Shown here one piece after another: positions 40,666 through 54,600 of a stretch of DNA of 64,000 bases. Location of the stretch: NCBI RefSeq assembly GCF_000181795.1, contig NW_003526945.1:1426796-1490795 (forward strand), given 5' to 3'. Source of the DNA: Trichinella spiralis. Taxonomy: Eukaryota. The position numbers were made by a program, and so were the translations under genes. The notes under the pieces are model-generated. The model did not search any database and was not told the DNA's origin. It was given only the letters and a program-made list of their open reading frames with translations. Within the stretch, counting starts at the first letter, position 1. Every line of letters starts with the position of its first letter.

Positions 40666-41075
40666 TGTTTCGTAAAATCAAAGTTATATTAAAATGAAAG
40701 CATTACCAAATTTAACGTATACATTGAAGAATTACAACGAAAAGTGTTAAAGAGTATAAACATTCTTTAATGAAATTTTTAAAATTATTATCTTATTTAA
40801 AAATAAACCGTACAATATAAGAAGCTTTACATTACTGCCAATATTTGAGCATAAAGCAAACGGAACGTTGAGACATAAAATATAGCACAACTTTTTTTAA
40901 CTTTTATATTTATTATTCAAATCAAATTTTATTAAATTTCACACATTTTTAAATATTTAATACTTATAAATTTTTAGCTTAACCATTTTGTAAAATAATA
41001 AAGTGTTTTATACCTGCACATCATATACTTTCAGTAATAATGCAGTTGTAATTTAAAATATTTTATAATTTTAGT

Positions 41076-43173
41076 ATGTTAAATATAGAAATTGATAATT
41101 CACCAACAATATTACGACAGAATAGGAGGAAATTGTACAACTGCTTAAACTTTAATAAAGAATTTCAGCACAATTTGCAGATTTATCGTCAACTGCCTAA
41201 TCTCAGTATTCCATTAGAAAAGATTTTCGATTTGGCTATTAAAAGAAATGACGGTAAAAAGTCATGAATACTGTGTTTTGTTTTTTTACAAGTTACTTAA
41301 ATTTAAGCATTTTAGTTCTCATTGCTGTAGATACAGTGACATCAGAGGGTTTTGAAAATGCAGATATTCTTTCACGGAAGTTAGATTTTCATTTGAAAGA
41401 TCTGCATTTTGGAATTGCAGTTCATGGCGTAATACAGTTACATATATATTGATCACCTGATGTTATTGAAATTTTTACTTTTTAATTTCAACAAATGTCA
41501 ATAATATCACATTTTTATTATATACGTTTCTTTTTACATTATTGAAAATATTGTATATTTTTAGACTGATCTAACTAATCGTTCATCAGAACATGTACTG
41601 AATCAACGACTTGATGATGTTTTTTCACATTTTGCTTTGATGATTGCATATGCAGATGAGTAATTTTTGAGTGATTTTTTAAAATTTAATATGAACCTTT
41701 AATTTTAGTGTTGAGTCTTGTATCTGGTTTCAGAAAGCCGAAATTTCCTTATTCCGTTACAGATTTGAACTTGAAAATGAATTAAGCATTAAAAGATTCT
41801 TGCAGTGCAACGACATAGCTTACAGCGTTGTATCGAGAGAAATTGAATCCGGATTTCACTATCTCAAATATAAATCTTGCAAAGTGCGAAAAGAGAAAAT
41901 TTATGGAGTAGATTCCAAAAATGAAATTACGGATGAAAAGTTTTACCAGGTTATTTATTTATGATTTTGATTTTATTTATTCTCATTGCATATTTTGCAT
42001 TCAGACTGTTTTGTAGGTGACGTTTAAGGATGCATTAACTTTGATTAAATGCCGAGAAGTTATTTTAAACAGAGGATCAGCATTTGTAAGATGGACAGAC
42101 TTTAAAGTTATTGTTTCTGATAAATTTTTGTTAATTCTTCGGCAAAACTGCAAGGTATGTGGTCTTTCAATGAACTGTTTGTTCCATGCATTACTTTATT
42201 TTTTGTGAAATGTTTAGAATATTGCAAAACTGATGCCCAGTTTATGTTGCGATGAAAGACTTTCAGTTCTGAAAAATTTATTCAATATGCGAAAATCTGT
42301 TAAACTATTATTACCCATTAATGTTTCAAATTTAGACGAGGTAAGCAACATAGTCTGTTTAAGTAATTATTTCGAATATTGACTGATTTATGAAAGTATG
42401 TATTTAGCTTTTGCTTTTGATAAAAATTTGATTTCATTTTAACAGTAATTTTTGTCTAGCTCTCTGTCATTTCATTTCCTCCGTGCATGCGAAGAATGTA
42501 TGAATGTTTAGTTCATAAACGACATTTATCGAACAACGGACGAATGCAAATTATGTTATTTTTGAAACATATTGGTATGTCTGTAGAAAATGCTCTCAAA
42601 TTCTGGTTGCAATTCACTAGTTCAAAAAATGAAATGTATAGGGTAAGGTCGATGTGATACGAAAGAAATGTTTAATATTAAATTCTTTTTCAGGAAGAAG
42701 TTAATTACACATTGTTACGTTTATATGGAAAAGCAGGAAGTAGTACGAATTACTGTGCTTATTACTGTAAAACGTTAATTAATAAACAGTATAGGCATTC
42801 TGTATTGGATTGCGGTATGAATAAGCAAATTTTCAGAATAAATGATAAAAAGCAAAATAAATTTTCAGGCTGTCCATTCAGTGCTTGCAATTTTAGTTCT
42901 CTACAAACGATGCTCAACCAGTGGAACGTTTCTGCAAGTAGCCAAGAAAAGGTAATTCAAATTTTAAAGCATTTCATCGATTTCATTTATTCTATTTATA
43001 AATACTTTTTTCAGATTTTGAAATGTTTTTCTGAAAAAAAGCCAAATGAAGCTTGTAGATTATTTTTTGCACATTCACATGGTCATGATTTGGAGAATCT
43101 CTCTGTACCAGTGATTCTTCATCCGAATCAATATTTTTTTGAAAGCCAAAATTATCATAAAATGAATAAGTGA
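41076..43173 (+). CDS. PRIM2: DNA primase large subunit (p58)-like, divergent, ~10 exons
   Basis: LQIYRQLP...IFDLAIKR, FSHFALMIAY, WFQKAEISLFRYRF, VTFKDALTLIKCREVILNRGSAFV, DERL, SFPPCM, GRMQIMLFLKHIG, GCPF, AC and HPNQYFFESQ. Confidence 0.9.
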
Positions 43174-44366
43174 ACATTACGAAAGAACCTTTGTGAACAG
43201 ACGACGAAAGGACAGTGGAGTGTACTTGATTTTCAGACGAGCATCTGTTTTCGTGACATTAATTTTTTTTGTTTCGGTTATTATCAATTAATTAATTAAT
43301 ATAAATAAAATAGACTTGAAATACAATAATAATTGTATATTTTACGTTGACAGTGCTTTTTTCTTACTTAATTGCAAAATATCATTTACACAGTTGGAGA
43401 AAGGTCTAATTTTCTGAAGATTCATTCATCCATTCAGTATTACTAATATACTATTTATTATAAGTAATATCACATGCAACAGCTCGTAGTATCTATCGTC
43501 CGCTGTTTGTTATGCTTAATTTAAGAAAGAGTACTCTATACATATGGCTGCCTGGATAATCCGATAATTAAACAAACAACTTCCCCAGAAAAAGATAACT
43601 AATCAATCATTTGATTAAGTTGACGATTGCAAAAGATTCCTGAAACGATGAAAAAACCTACAACAATATTTATTATTATACTGAAATAAAAAAAGCATCT
43701 GTTGAATATCTTTACTAAATTGATGGATGATATTAGTAAAAAAAAGCACTTTCCACCACAAAAATCGATTATCAAAAAATTTTTCAAAGGTTCATTCTAC
43801 TTCAAATGGGTATAAAATAAGCCGCTAAAATTCAAAATAGCAACGCACTGCACTGGGTTCTAGAAGAATAATAGAAAAGTCCTCAGACACATTCCAGCTG
43901 TACAGTCAGTTGGAAAGAATAAAACTGAAAATAGCAGCTCATCAATAAATACCATTTCACAGAAAAGAAAAAACCATTTCGAACTCACAGACACACGCAC
44001 ACATACAGCTTGCACGTTTGTGCTTTTCCTAGGAAAGTAACAGTGACAAACAGTGTTTTGTTGATCACTGTTAAAATGGAAAAGCATTTCACAACAAACA
44101 GTACATGCATGCATGCTTGGATGTAATGAAATTAACTGCAGTTCAGTTAACAGCTAAATTAAATGGATAAACTAAAATGGATAAATAATTCCAGAAAAAG
44201 CTAAATATTATTTGAGAAAATCACGCGAGTATATTATATTATATTATTACGCATCATCAAAAAACAATATAATGCGTAAAAAAATAATCTAACTGAATTT
44301 CGTATGATGCAGGTTAATTGCTAATCAATCAACGACGTCGGTGTACGAACCCAACGCCGTCTCAGT

Positions 44367-47300
44367 TCAGTCACGGGAAGCTTCAATCACGCGCATGGTG
44401 TTAGTAAAGCCGGCCCCTTGACGCCATCCAGTGACCACAACAAGCATATCTCCGCCATGAATGAAGCCGCGCTCCTTTCCTGCCTTGATACCAAATGTAA
44501 TACGCTTATCAACATCCGTTGGCCAATCAGCATCACGAGGCTCTAAAAAATGAAAAAAACCCATCAACCAATGCAAAACAACACACACACACACACAATT
44601 CAAGCACAATAATCGTGCAACGAATGTTCGCGTGCATGAAACGTGCGAATGTAACTAACAACCAATATTTACAAAAGGAAGAAATAACCAAATAGTAATT
44701 TTATACTGGCAAAAATACGTTTAAAGAAATACATACAATACATTCAGTTGATATCAAACAACAATTTTAAAACATCTACATGTATTACCAAGCATCATGC
44801 ATGGCAGTATTCCGTAATGTAAGTGTAGACTTTTGGCAACTTGCCAATCTCGCACAACCGACAGAACAATACAAGGAGGTCGATATTTGGACACCAACGT
44901 GGCCGTTCTGTAAAAAAAAGAAAAAAACAAGACACTACATTTAAAAAAAGAAAAACATCAGATTCGAAATAAACAATAATATTAGAAGCAAAATGAATGA
45001 TGATGTATGATGATAACGAACGAATGAAAAATAAGAAAACGCACAAGCGAGTCAATCGATTGAGAACGGCCCAAAACTGCTACTACTACCACTACTACTA
45101 TTACTACTACAACGACTAATAATAATAATAATAATAATAATAATAAGCATAACATCCAGTGCCAATCGAGTTATTAATAATCATCATCACTAAGATACAC
45201 AATTAGTGCAGTTATTTGAAGAATATACGAAAATAATAAACAAGATGGAAAATAACACGCAATTTGCGTACGATCAAATAGAATTGGATTAATTCCATAA
45301 AACAAGTGCAACTGTCGGCAGTAGATGGGATTACGTGTTACAGCCAAAATTGGGCACATCGGACGATATTGAGACATCAGCTCAGCAGATCTGAAATAGC
45401 CACACTCTGAAAGTAACAATGGACACTTTTTCTGAAAAAAAAGAACAAATCCTTCCCCTAAGAATCGGAACACAACAATTCCAACCAAGTTCCTGTTTCA
45501 TCAGGAAAGCTTTTTTTAAAAAATTATTTGAGCAACAAGAGGAAGATTAAACGGAGAGGAAAATTTTTTTCGTTTCAACCTAGTATAGTATACTGAAGAT
45601 GAAACGTTTCTGTTCACAAGTTCAGCAAGCTCAACTTGTATAATCTGTTCTATGAATAATACATAAATCTGGTAATGACAGAAAATGGAAATCCAATTCT
45701 TCTGTTCTGCAACAATCAACAAACAGCATTGTGCGTTTTTCTCTACATATATTAAAAATTAGGGTAACAGAAAAAAAGTGTAAAATGAACAAAACAAAGT
45801 TTCCCGATGAATTTTTTTAAAAAATTCTGAAAATTTAATATTGAAATCAAAAATAATAAAAAGAAAATCCATTACCGTCCGGTGGTAGTGACGAGAATTA
45901 TTGCGACTGCATTGCAACTAACGGCTGCGGATGTGGCTGCAATAGCGATAGTGTGAGCCGCATCTGTCGGTCTAGGTGTGATCATCAGCAATTCGTTAAA
46001 AAAGCTATTATGATAATGGGCCGCTTCAGCCTGACGACAAATCTAAAAATTAAAACAAAGAATATATTTTTATATTGAAAGCACTTTCAAGTAAGTTGCG
46101 AAATAAAATTGTACTTCGTGCATAATTTGTAACGCTTCCAAAGGATACTGGCCTTTGGCCGTTTCTCCAGAAAGCATGACACAATCGGCTCCATCCAGTA
46201 CAGCATTAGCAATATCACTGCTCTCAGCTCGAGTTGGTCGTGGTTTGCTGATCATCGACTCCAACATCTGTGTAGCGCATATGACCGGCTTGCCGGCAAC
46301 TTTACATTTAGCAATGATCGCTTTTTGGGCAATGAAAACTTGCTCGGGCGGAATTTCTATACCCAAATCACCACGCGCAACCATAATTCCATCCGCAGCT
46401 TCAATGATCTCATCCACACTACAATTAAAATTATAATTCAACAATCATTAGAAAAAAGGAACACAAAAAAAATTCTTCTCACTTTGTTACACCTTCGTGA
46501 TTTTCGATTTTTGCCACAATCTTGATGTGCTTGCCTTCTTCGCCCAAAACTTTACGCAACACTCGAACTCCTTCGGCGTTACGAATGAACGATGCAAATA
46601 CCATATCCACCTTAAGATTACTTAATTAATTAATTAATTAAAATGAATAGTGAAATTCATTACATTATTCTTGACGGCAAATTGCAAATCTCGAATGTCT
46701 TTATCCGATACGGCTGGTAAATCTACTTTCGCACCAGGAAGGTTGACACCTTTGCGACTTCCCAACTTTCCTCCATTCTCAACTACACAAGTCAAACTGT
46801 CTGCACCTGTTGTTTAAAAATAAAAATTGAACAATAAAATTAATCATAATGTGAAAATGATAATGCATAAAAATGATGCATTATTCATGTTTACCAATTT
46901 CGCGAACACGCAAACAGATCAAACCATCGTCAATGAAAACGCGCATATCCTTTTTCAATACTTTTCCAATGTTTTTGTAATCGACATATATAATCTTTTC
47001 CGTGCAACACATTTGATATTTTTCGTCAGTTGTCAATATGATCTCATCACCTCTGCGCAAGTCGACTTCGGTTTCAGCGCCCTAAACAAAAAATATCCAT
47101 TCAATGAAGTGATGAAGAAAATTAAACTTTTTCTAAATTCAAGTATAAAAATTGACCGAAAAAAAAGAATCCATCAATCAATTACAACATACAGATTCAA
47201 AAACGCCAGTACGAATTTCTGGACCTTTAGTATCCAAAGCCAACGCGACCACTCTTGGCTCGTTGAAACAGCTGACTGCAGCGTGCAAGTTTTCAATCGT

Positions 47301-47938
47301 TTCCGCATGATACTTAAAATATTAAAATAAAAATTATCCAAAAAGATCGAGCGTTTGAAATTTTGTAACAGCAAAAGACGAAGCCGAAGAAATTGAAAAA
47401 ACTGCATCATCAAAAGATAGAAGGATCAATTTTGCAAAGAGGCAATTTTTCATCATTTTAAATTTCGAATCAAAAACAAATTTCCTCATTCCAACTATGA
47501 ACAACCAATCAACGAAGCCTAAATGAATGGAATAATTTGCGTAAAAATGCAGAACACAACACGACAGGCTTCATCAATTGTAAAAAGATTTCAATCAGAA
47601 TAACAAACAGTGAGCACATTTGCTCGAAGTGAAAAATTAATTCCTCTATTCATCTATGGATGCTTATCAAAAGCTGAAGTCTCGATTTTTTTCAATGCAC
47701 TGTCGGTCGACAAATAAAACTCTACCGCAGCTCATTAGCGCTCTGCTTATTTCCTCACGTTTGGCATTCGAAATATCGATTTTGAACAAAATCATTAACA
47801 GAAATGATGAACATTTCAATTCACCCATCATACATAACAAGAGATGAAAGAGAAGGTAGAAGGAAAAAGCAGAAAGAAGGAAAAGATAACTGAAAATTCA
47901 ATAACAAATCAAAAAAAAATATATATAATATTCACTTA

Positions 47939-47973
<35 letters not shown>

Positions 47974-48616
47974 CTGATCCGAACAAAAACACTGCACTAT
48001 TCCAAATGAGCAATTCAGTCCAGTACTTTACTCACATTTCAAATTTCATAAATACTGACATCCGTAGGTATAAGTTTGATAAATATAAAAAATGAAATAA
48101 TAAAAGAAGAAAAAAAGGAATTTCTTTTTAAAAAAATATCACATTAAAAACAATACATGCATGTATGGATTTTCGGAATATAATAATGAAACAAAAAGAA
48201 AACATATTATATTTACCTCGTGCGAACCATGGGAAAAATTCAATCTTGCAATGTTCATTCCACTGACAATCATCTTTACCAACATGTCGACAGATCTTGA
48301 TGATGGTCCTGAAACAGAATAAGTAAAATTTAAAATAAATTAAAAAATATCAAAAAAAATCCTCTGAACCTATAGTGCAAATGATGCCAGTTTTTCGAAC
48401 AGGAATCTTCTCGTCGTCGATGTTCAAATGGCACAAATGCTCGAGCATGGTCTTGGCGTACGGCTTAGCCGCACCCTGCTCTTGGCGGTAATACGAACCG
48501 GAACGTTCCTCGTCCAAAGTCAATCGTCGAAACATTTTCTTTTTCGCAGCAATACGTACTGGATTTAAACCTGGCACAACGTTCGATGCGGAAGAATCGC
48601 TCTCAGCGGAAATCGA
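44367..48616 (-). CDS. PK: Pyruvate kinase; first exon probably further upstream (candidate 55358-55441)
   Basis: [99 protein letters not shown] and [18 protein letters not shown]. Confidence 0.97.
44789..44907 (-). other. Pyruvate kinase alternative exon B (119 nt)
   Basis: TTTTACAG acceptor and GTAATA donor; encodes (R)[39 protein letters not shown]. Confidence 0.88.
45080..45144. repeat. Compound (CTA)n/(TAA)n trinucleotide microsatellite
   Basis: Imperfect CTA run followed by ~9 TAA units, between PK exons A and B. Confidence 0.85.
45272..45390 (-). other. Pyruvate kinase alternative exon A (119 nt)
   Basis: TATTTCAG acceptor and GTACGC donor; encodes (R)[39 protein letters not shown]. 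Confidence 0.9.
47941..47970. repeat. (AAT)10 microsatellite
   Basis: Perfect AAT run in a PK intron. Confidence 0.95.
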
Positions 48617-51600
48617 CTATATTAAATAAACAGAAAAAAAACACCATACAAATAATGGATAATATCAATTGAGTTTTTCTTTAAATTTACTACAAACAAA
48701 ACACGTATATTTTTGCATAAAATAAAAATACAACTACTAGCTGACGACGAAGTAGAAGAAAAAATTATTCAAAGTGGAAATTCAATCAATGCACCAAACA
48801 TATGCAATATCAATGCACCAATAAGAATAAGATTGAATTTTTTGTTTGCACCGTGATGAAATTTCACAACATACATCATATCTGCTAACCGAAAAAAATG
48901 ATCACTTGAAAATACCTTTTGCGCTTGAAAGCTGTCGACAAAATGTGAGGGTACAAATAATTCTAAATTTTTCAACAACTCCGGAATAAATTCTTCATTC
49001 CGGCGATCCATCAGCATACAACTTACAAAATAAGTCAGAAAGCAAGTAACAACAAGAACCTACATCACCATAGAAACTGAGTCAATATGTTGAAAAGTAA
49101 TCACCATTTGTCGGCATCTGTGCGTTAGTTAATGCAGAAAAACAAAATAATTCAATTCACCAACCACGTTCAGAAATCACATCCGCCTTAGAATGCTTTT
49201 CTTTTACAACTTGACCGGATTAAACTACATGAACAATGAAAATTTGTACATAAATAACAAAGAACCCCAAAACCAACGTCAGTGAAGTTATAGTATAAAT
49301 TAGGTACAGTTTTCAAGCTGATGATATAAAGTCAACGACAACGCGATGCCAACTGAATTCGAATCTATCCAAAAAATCAAGCTCTTTGAAATGGCTTGAA
49401 AATAGGAAAAACAAAACTTTTTAAATATAAAACTGCCATTTTCCATGGGAAAATACAATACAAGGGAAAATATGAAAACATGTCCAAGTGTGTATAAGAA
49501 TGAATGAAATGTCATCAATTGTACAACAAATCAAACTTTTCCAATCAAACAGCAAACACTACACGCCCAGTTTTTCACAGTTCATCTCCAAAAGCACATA
49601 CATGTTTGGAAAACACGTGAACGATAAATTAATTGACTAATTTGGCTGTTTAACAATTTTTCATCATCACACCCCATCCCAACAACTCCAATTAATCAAA
49701 CTCAATCTAACCGATCAATAATAATTAAAAGTGAAATAAATTTTTCATTCAAAAATGACACGAAAATTTATTAAAACTGCAATCATTTATGTTTAAATTA
49801 AATTAAATTGAAAATAATGAAACAGCAATAGATGTTTCATGATTATTATAATAAAAAAGAAAAATTCAATCATTTATTTCTAGGCTTTCTCAATGGGAAG
49901 GTGACATGAAAAAATTCCCTTTTTTGTTGAAGATGTTATCAGCTTAATTAGCAATTTCAAAGATTGACAGACTAGATTTGTCCATGCTTTCTTTGAAAAT
50001 AAACTATTAAATAAGTAAATAAATAAATAATTCATTAATTACCAAAAAGAATTGATGATAAATGCGAACGTTTTCAGTGGTGTGACGAAAACTGACTCAC
50101 TGATCAAAGAAAGAGCAATTAACTGAATTCAAGCATCAGCGCAGTTAATAAATATATATATACTACTGCATTATGCGTTGGCGTAGGACCAGCAATCGAA
50201 ACTGATGATTCACCGTCAGACAATGCTAGAAATTTCTACCACACGAGTAAATATTTGTATCGGATTCTCAAGTTCAATAATTACCAAAATTTTCATAAAA
50301 AATGGACAATTGAAAATTGCAAACCCAACCACGGATAAAGTGTTCATTTGTGCTTTAATTTCAAAAGAAGAAAAGTGTGTTAACATTAATAAAACTGTTT
50401 GTTAAATTTGATTCAAAACTTATTACAGTGGAAAAAGTTGGCAACTTTCCAAGCGAAAGATAATACAATGCAAGTAAAACATGAAGAATGCAGCAGAGCA
50501 AGCAAGATAATACGATGAACGCGTATGACGTATACGAGACAACTCAGTGCAAAGCTGAACGATCAATTAATCAATTTCTGAACTTGAGCTCTTCTAAAAG
50601 CTACACCGTCGAATATCAATTTTAACTCGCTTAAAACGAATAACTGAAAGCGGAATTTTTTGATTCTTTTAATACGCTAACGCTAATCAATAAAAAAAAA
50701 ATTAAAATTAACGCTAAAACCTGTGGAATTTACTAAAAAGTAAAATCCTTTTCGAAACAGCTATTTAAAAAGACAAAAATATCATCATGTGAAATGACTT
50801 GAAACACCTCCATCCGCTAAATGAAACAGAAACACTTGTCGAGCAGAAATGCACGTGATAAGCACGCTTGTGACAGCAACTGACGAACGTGAAATAAATG
50901 ACAAATGAAAAAAATTCTCTAATTCCAACCGCAAACTGATCATAATCACACTTTCCTAGCAGAATTTGTCATTTGATGTGACATTTAAATGTTAATTTTA
51001 TTGTGTCAAGATCAACGACCTGGTTTGGGAGAAAAAATTCTAATTTCAGGCAAATTTCTGCTGAAAGAGTCACTCACGATAAACGGGTTACTCATTTGGG
51101 AAACATTCACGGACGACAATTGAAAAAATACTCAACGACCGCATCAACCATTCACAACAGTCAAGCTATAATTGACAACAGGATTACGGAAAAAATTTCG
51201 AACAAACTTCCTACACCTGCTCTCATTGACAAAGAAAACCGGACTACATCAGAGGAAAAAATAAAAATTTCAAAAAACAATTCAAACTTACATCTGCAGC
51301 AATTATCAAAGCTTGTAGTCTACCGAAATAACCTCAACACAATGGATTACAGTTGGCAGTAATGAATTGGTACTAACTTCTCTCATACTGTAACCTAATT
51401 CTCAAAAAAAAATTTAACGTCCGAACGTCATTTTTGGCAAATAAAAAGCAACTGTTCAAACAAATTTTTTTTAAAAATAAAAATAAACACTTTTAACAGA
51501 TGATATAAAATTATAAACCAAAATGACAACAAATTTTACCATTTTTTTAAAAAAATATTAAAACATGAATAAATGAACTTTTAAAATGCTAATAGAAAGG

Positions 51601-54600
51601 GAAAAAAACTTTTTTTTCTTATTTTTGGATTAAAAACTCGCACGAAATTTCCTAATCACCAGAATTATTATTAAATGTTGAATCGAAGCGTGAAGTGATG
51701 AAGGATACCAAGCGAACAGGTACGTTTCCATTGCCAATGGAATGAATACGAGAACATGCCTGTTGTAAACGTGAAACGAAAAACTATTTTTGCATATCGG
51801 GAAACCAAATCAAACCGCAAAGAATTAATATTTTTCAACAATTACTGACGCTTCTGTGAATTGTATAAATGTTGAACATGGAACGAGAACAAATTCCGAC
51901 CAAATATTTTACAACAATATATATGCTTACGCGTTAGTTGAACAAACAGATTTCAAGTTTCATTTCTAAGCAAATTGTGAAACATAACAACGAATATATT
52001 TAAACGAGAAGAATTCAGCAATTACGAGAGCCATTGATGAGTTCTGCAAGAATTCGAATAGCGATAAGAATAACGTTGGTCTGTGAAGTAGCCGTTGAAT
52101 AGGATTGCATTAAATTGAAAACTGCCATTCCGATTTGACGTACGCGAGCAGGTGATCTCTCGAATATTGAAATAAAAATAAGCAACGAAGCTCACTGAAG
52201 CAATATCATCTTATCAAATTAAGATCGCAGCAACGATCCGCTTGTATTGCTACGCACATGATAAAATTTATGCATAATTATACTTATTACGGAAACAATT
52301 CACCCACAAATATTCATATCGACAAGCGCATATCTTATGCAATATTTGTATTTCATTCAAATCAAATAGATCACACCAAATATCACACGTTGCAGTACAT
52401 TTAGTACTGAAATGGAAAAGTGAAACAAGCATTTAATGCAAATTTCAAAATATACACTACTTTTCACTGTTCGTAAAATGTATAAAAGAGACTGTGTTTT
52501 ATAAATGTTGAACATTGCGGCAACATTCACCAACTGGATTTGACAATTCATTTATGGAAATTTTGTTTGCGCCAACAAGAAATTCAATTTACTTGTTATT
52601 TACTTATTTACCATCAAAGAAATTGCTCTATTCTCGTTTTCTAATCAACAAGCGTTTGCTTATTGCATGTAAACAAATTTCAAATGAACGCTTAACCAAC
52701 TAATGGTCGATAATAACAATGAATTTGATTAGCACAACAAGTTCAAGCATTACCGCCGCATCGCACGGGTAATAATAGCTGTTGAGCCATCGCAACAATT
52801 TTCTTGGACAGCTATTTGTCGGAATTTGCATTTTACGTAAATGACGCACTGCCATTGCGCTGTAAATTAGAAATTTTTATCTTACATGCTGTCACAGTTT
52901 ACCGTAAAACATTCACATCTAACATCATTTGCAATTTTTGTAAATTATCCTCTTACGGTCAATAAAAGACATCAATTTTCTCAAATTAAAATTTTTTTAA
53001 AAATAAAACTATTTAACAAAAAAAAACAATTAATGATTGACAATTAATGCGTGAAAATCTTAATATTTATTGAATATCGTTTTTTTTCAACTCTTACAAC
53101 TTGACATGCGATTTGAATTACAGTAACTTCTGCTCAAGTTCCAACAATTACTTTTGACTAGATTCGAAATTGGCATATTATTTCACGCGTGAAAAACCAC
53201 CGAAAAATATGAATTTGAAATAACTACGTAAAGTTTTTAGTTTATTTTACTTTAAATATTTTAACAAAATCGTCCTGCTTGTATCCAAATATATTTACGA
53301 AAAATACATCCCAAAATAGCATCCATTTTGCAAGATGAAACAGTCAACAAACGTTTATTAACGTAATTATTTGCAAAATTTTTCACAAAAAACGGATCAA
53401 TTTAAATAATTTATCTTCAATCGAATAGTATCATTAGGGATAATTTGAATTTATTGATTAAGTAATGATTTTGATTTGTCGCAGTGAAATTGAAAGACGG
53501 CGGCGACTGGTGCGCAACTGGTGGCAATAAAAAAAAAGAAAGCAAAGTATGACTGTTGTCAGACGTAATATTTTTTACAAAAGATTTATTGTCATCAATT
53601 ATTGGTTGGATGTGAAAAAAAATTGCATTAAAAGTTGGCTGATAAATCGACCTGTTTTCAAAAAGTTCTAACAACTGAGCATCAGCGATTGCTTTGTTGA
53701 AAATCAATTGTAGAACAATTTTGAAATGCTAATTTGCAAATATTGCGTCGAAGCAGCAATCGAACGAATCGCCGTGGTTTAAATGTGAATAAACGAATTT
53801 AAGAAAACAAACAAACAAACAGCGTCACCTTTTCTAAATTTACATCACAGCAATTTAAACAACCGGAATATTGTGCAATTTTCCATTTTATCATTTCAAT
53901 CAATTAATTAGTGGTCAAATTGATCAATTGAACAAGAAAATATTCAACAAACGCAATTAATAATGAAATAAGTAACTTCAATTGATAATAAATTGACAAT
54001 ATTTATTTTAATAAAAGTTAAGTCGCTTTTTGTTTGAAATATGGACCAAGTGTAGATTATTTTTGATATAAATGAAAAGAACAACATGGCAAGAGCAAGC
54101 CGTTCCCCTCGATTAAGTGGTAAATTGATAAGTATAGACACAATTCTTGACAACGTGAAAACAAATTTGTCGAGAAAATTGATCGATTCACAAGCTTTCT
54201 CAATTACTTCATTTACAACAAGCAACTCGAAATTCTCATGCCAGTTCGGTCACATATACTCGTATGCCTCTATTCTATAGAAATGTAAAAGCAGCAATGG
54301 GGTTTGTTGAAAATTCAATGGAAATCAATTTGTTTGTCAAAACAAGTCCTTCACCATTGCCATTGAGTGGTTTTTCATTGGCAAGTTTAATAGTTGTTCA
54401 AAAATTTTTTAAAAGTCTAAAATTCTAAGATTATTTCGTTGAAATTGCAATAGCAAATGTTCCGTGAATAAAAGATCACATCTGCTCAATTTTCAACATT
54501 CATAAAATTCAACCAATTTCAAAACGGATCCAATATTCACCAGTGGATATGGAACTTCACCAACAGCTGCTCTTCTGTTTTCCAAGTATACGGTTTCTCT

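Noticed and set aside
45580..45706. Possible third PK alternative exon (TTGCAG acceptor, begins R-TEEL)
   Set aside because: Different length (127 nt), an in-frame stop after ~24 codons and no YRP or LHL motif. At most a poison exon.
51864..52515. Repeated 16-mer TATAAATGTTGAACAT in the region upstream of PK
   Set aside because: Only two AT-rich copies; chance cannot be excluded.
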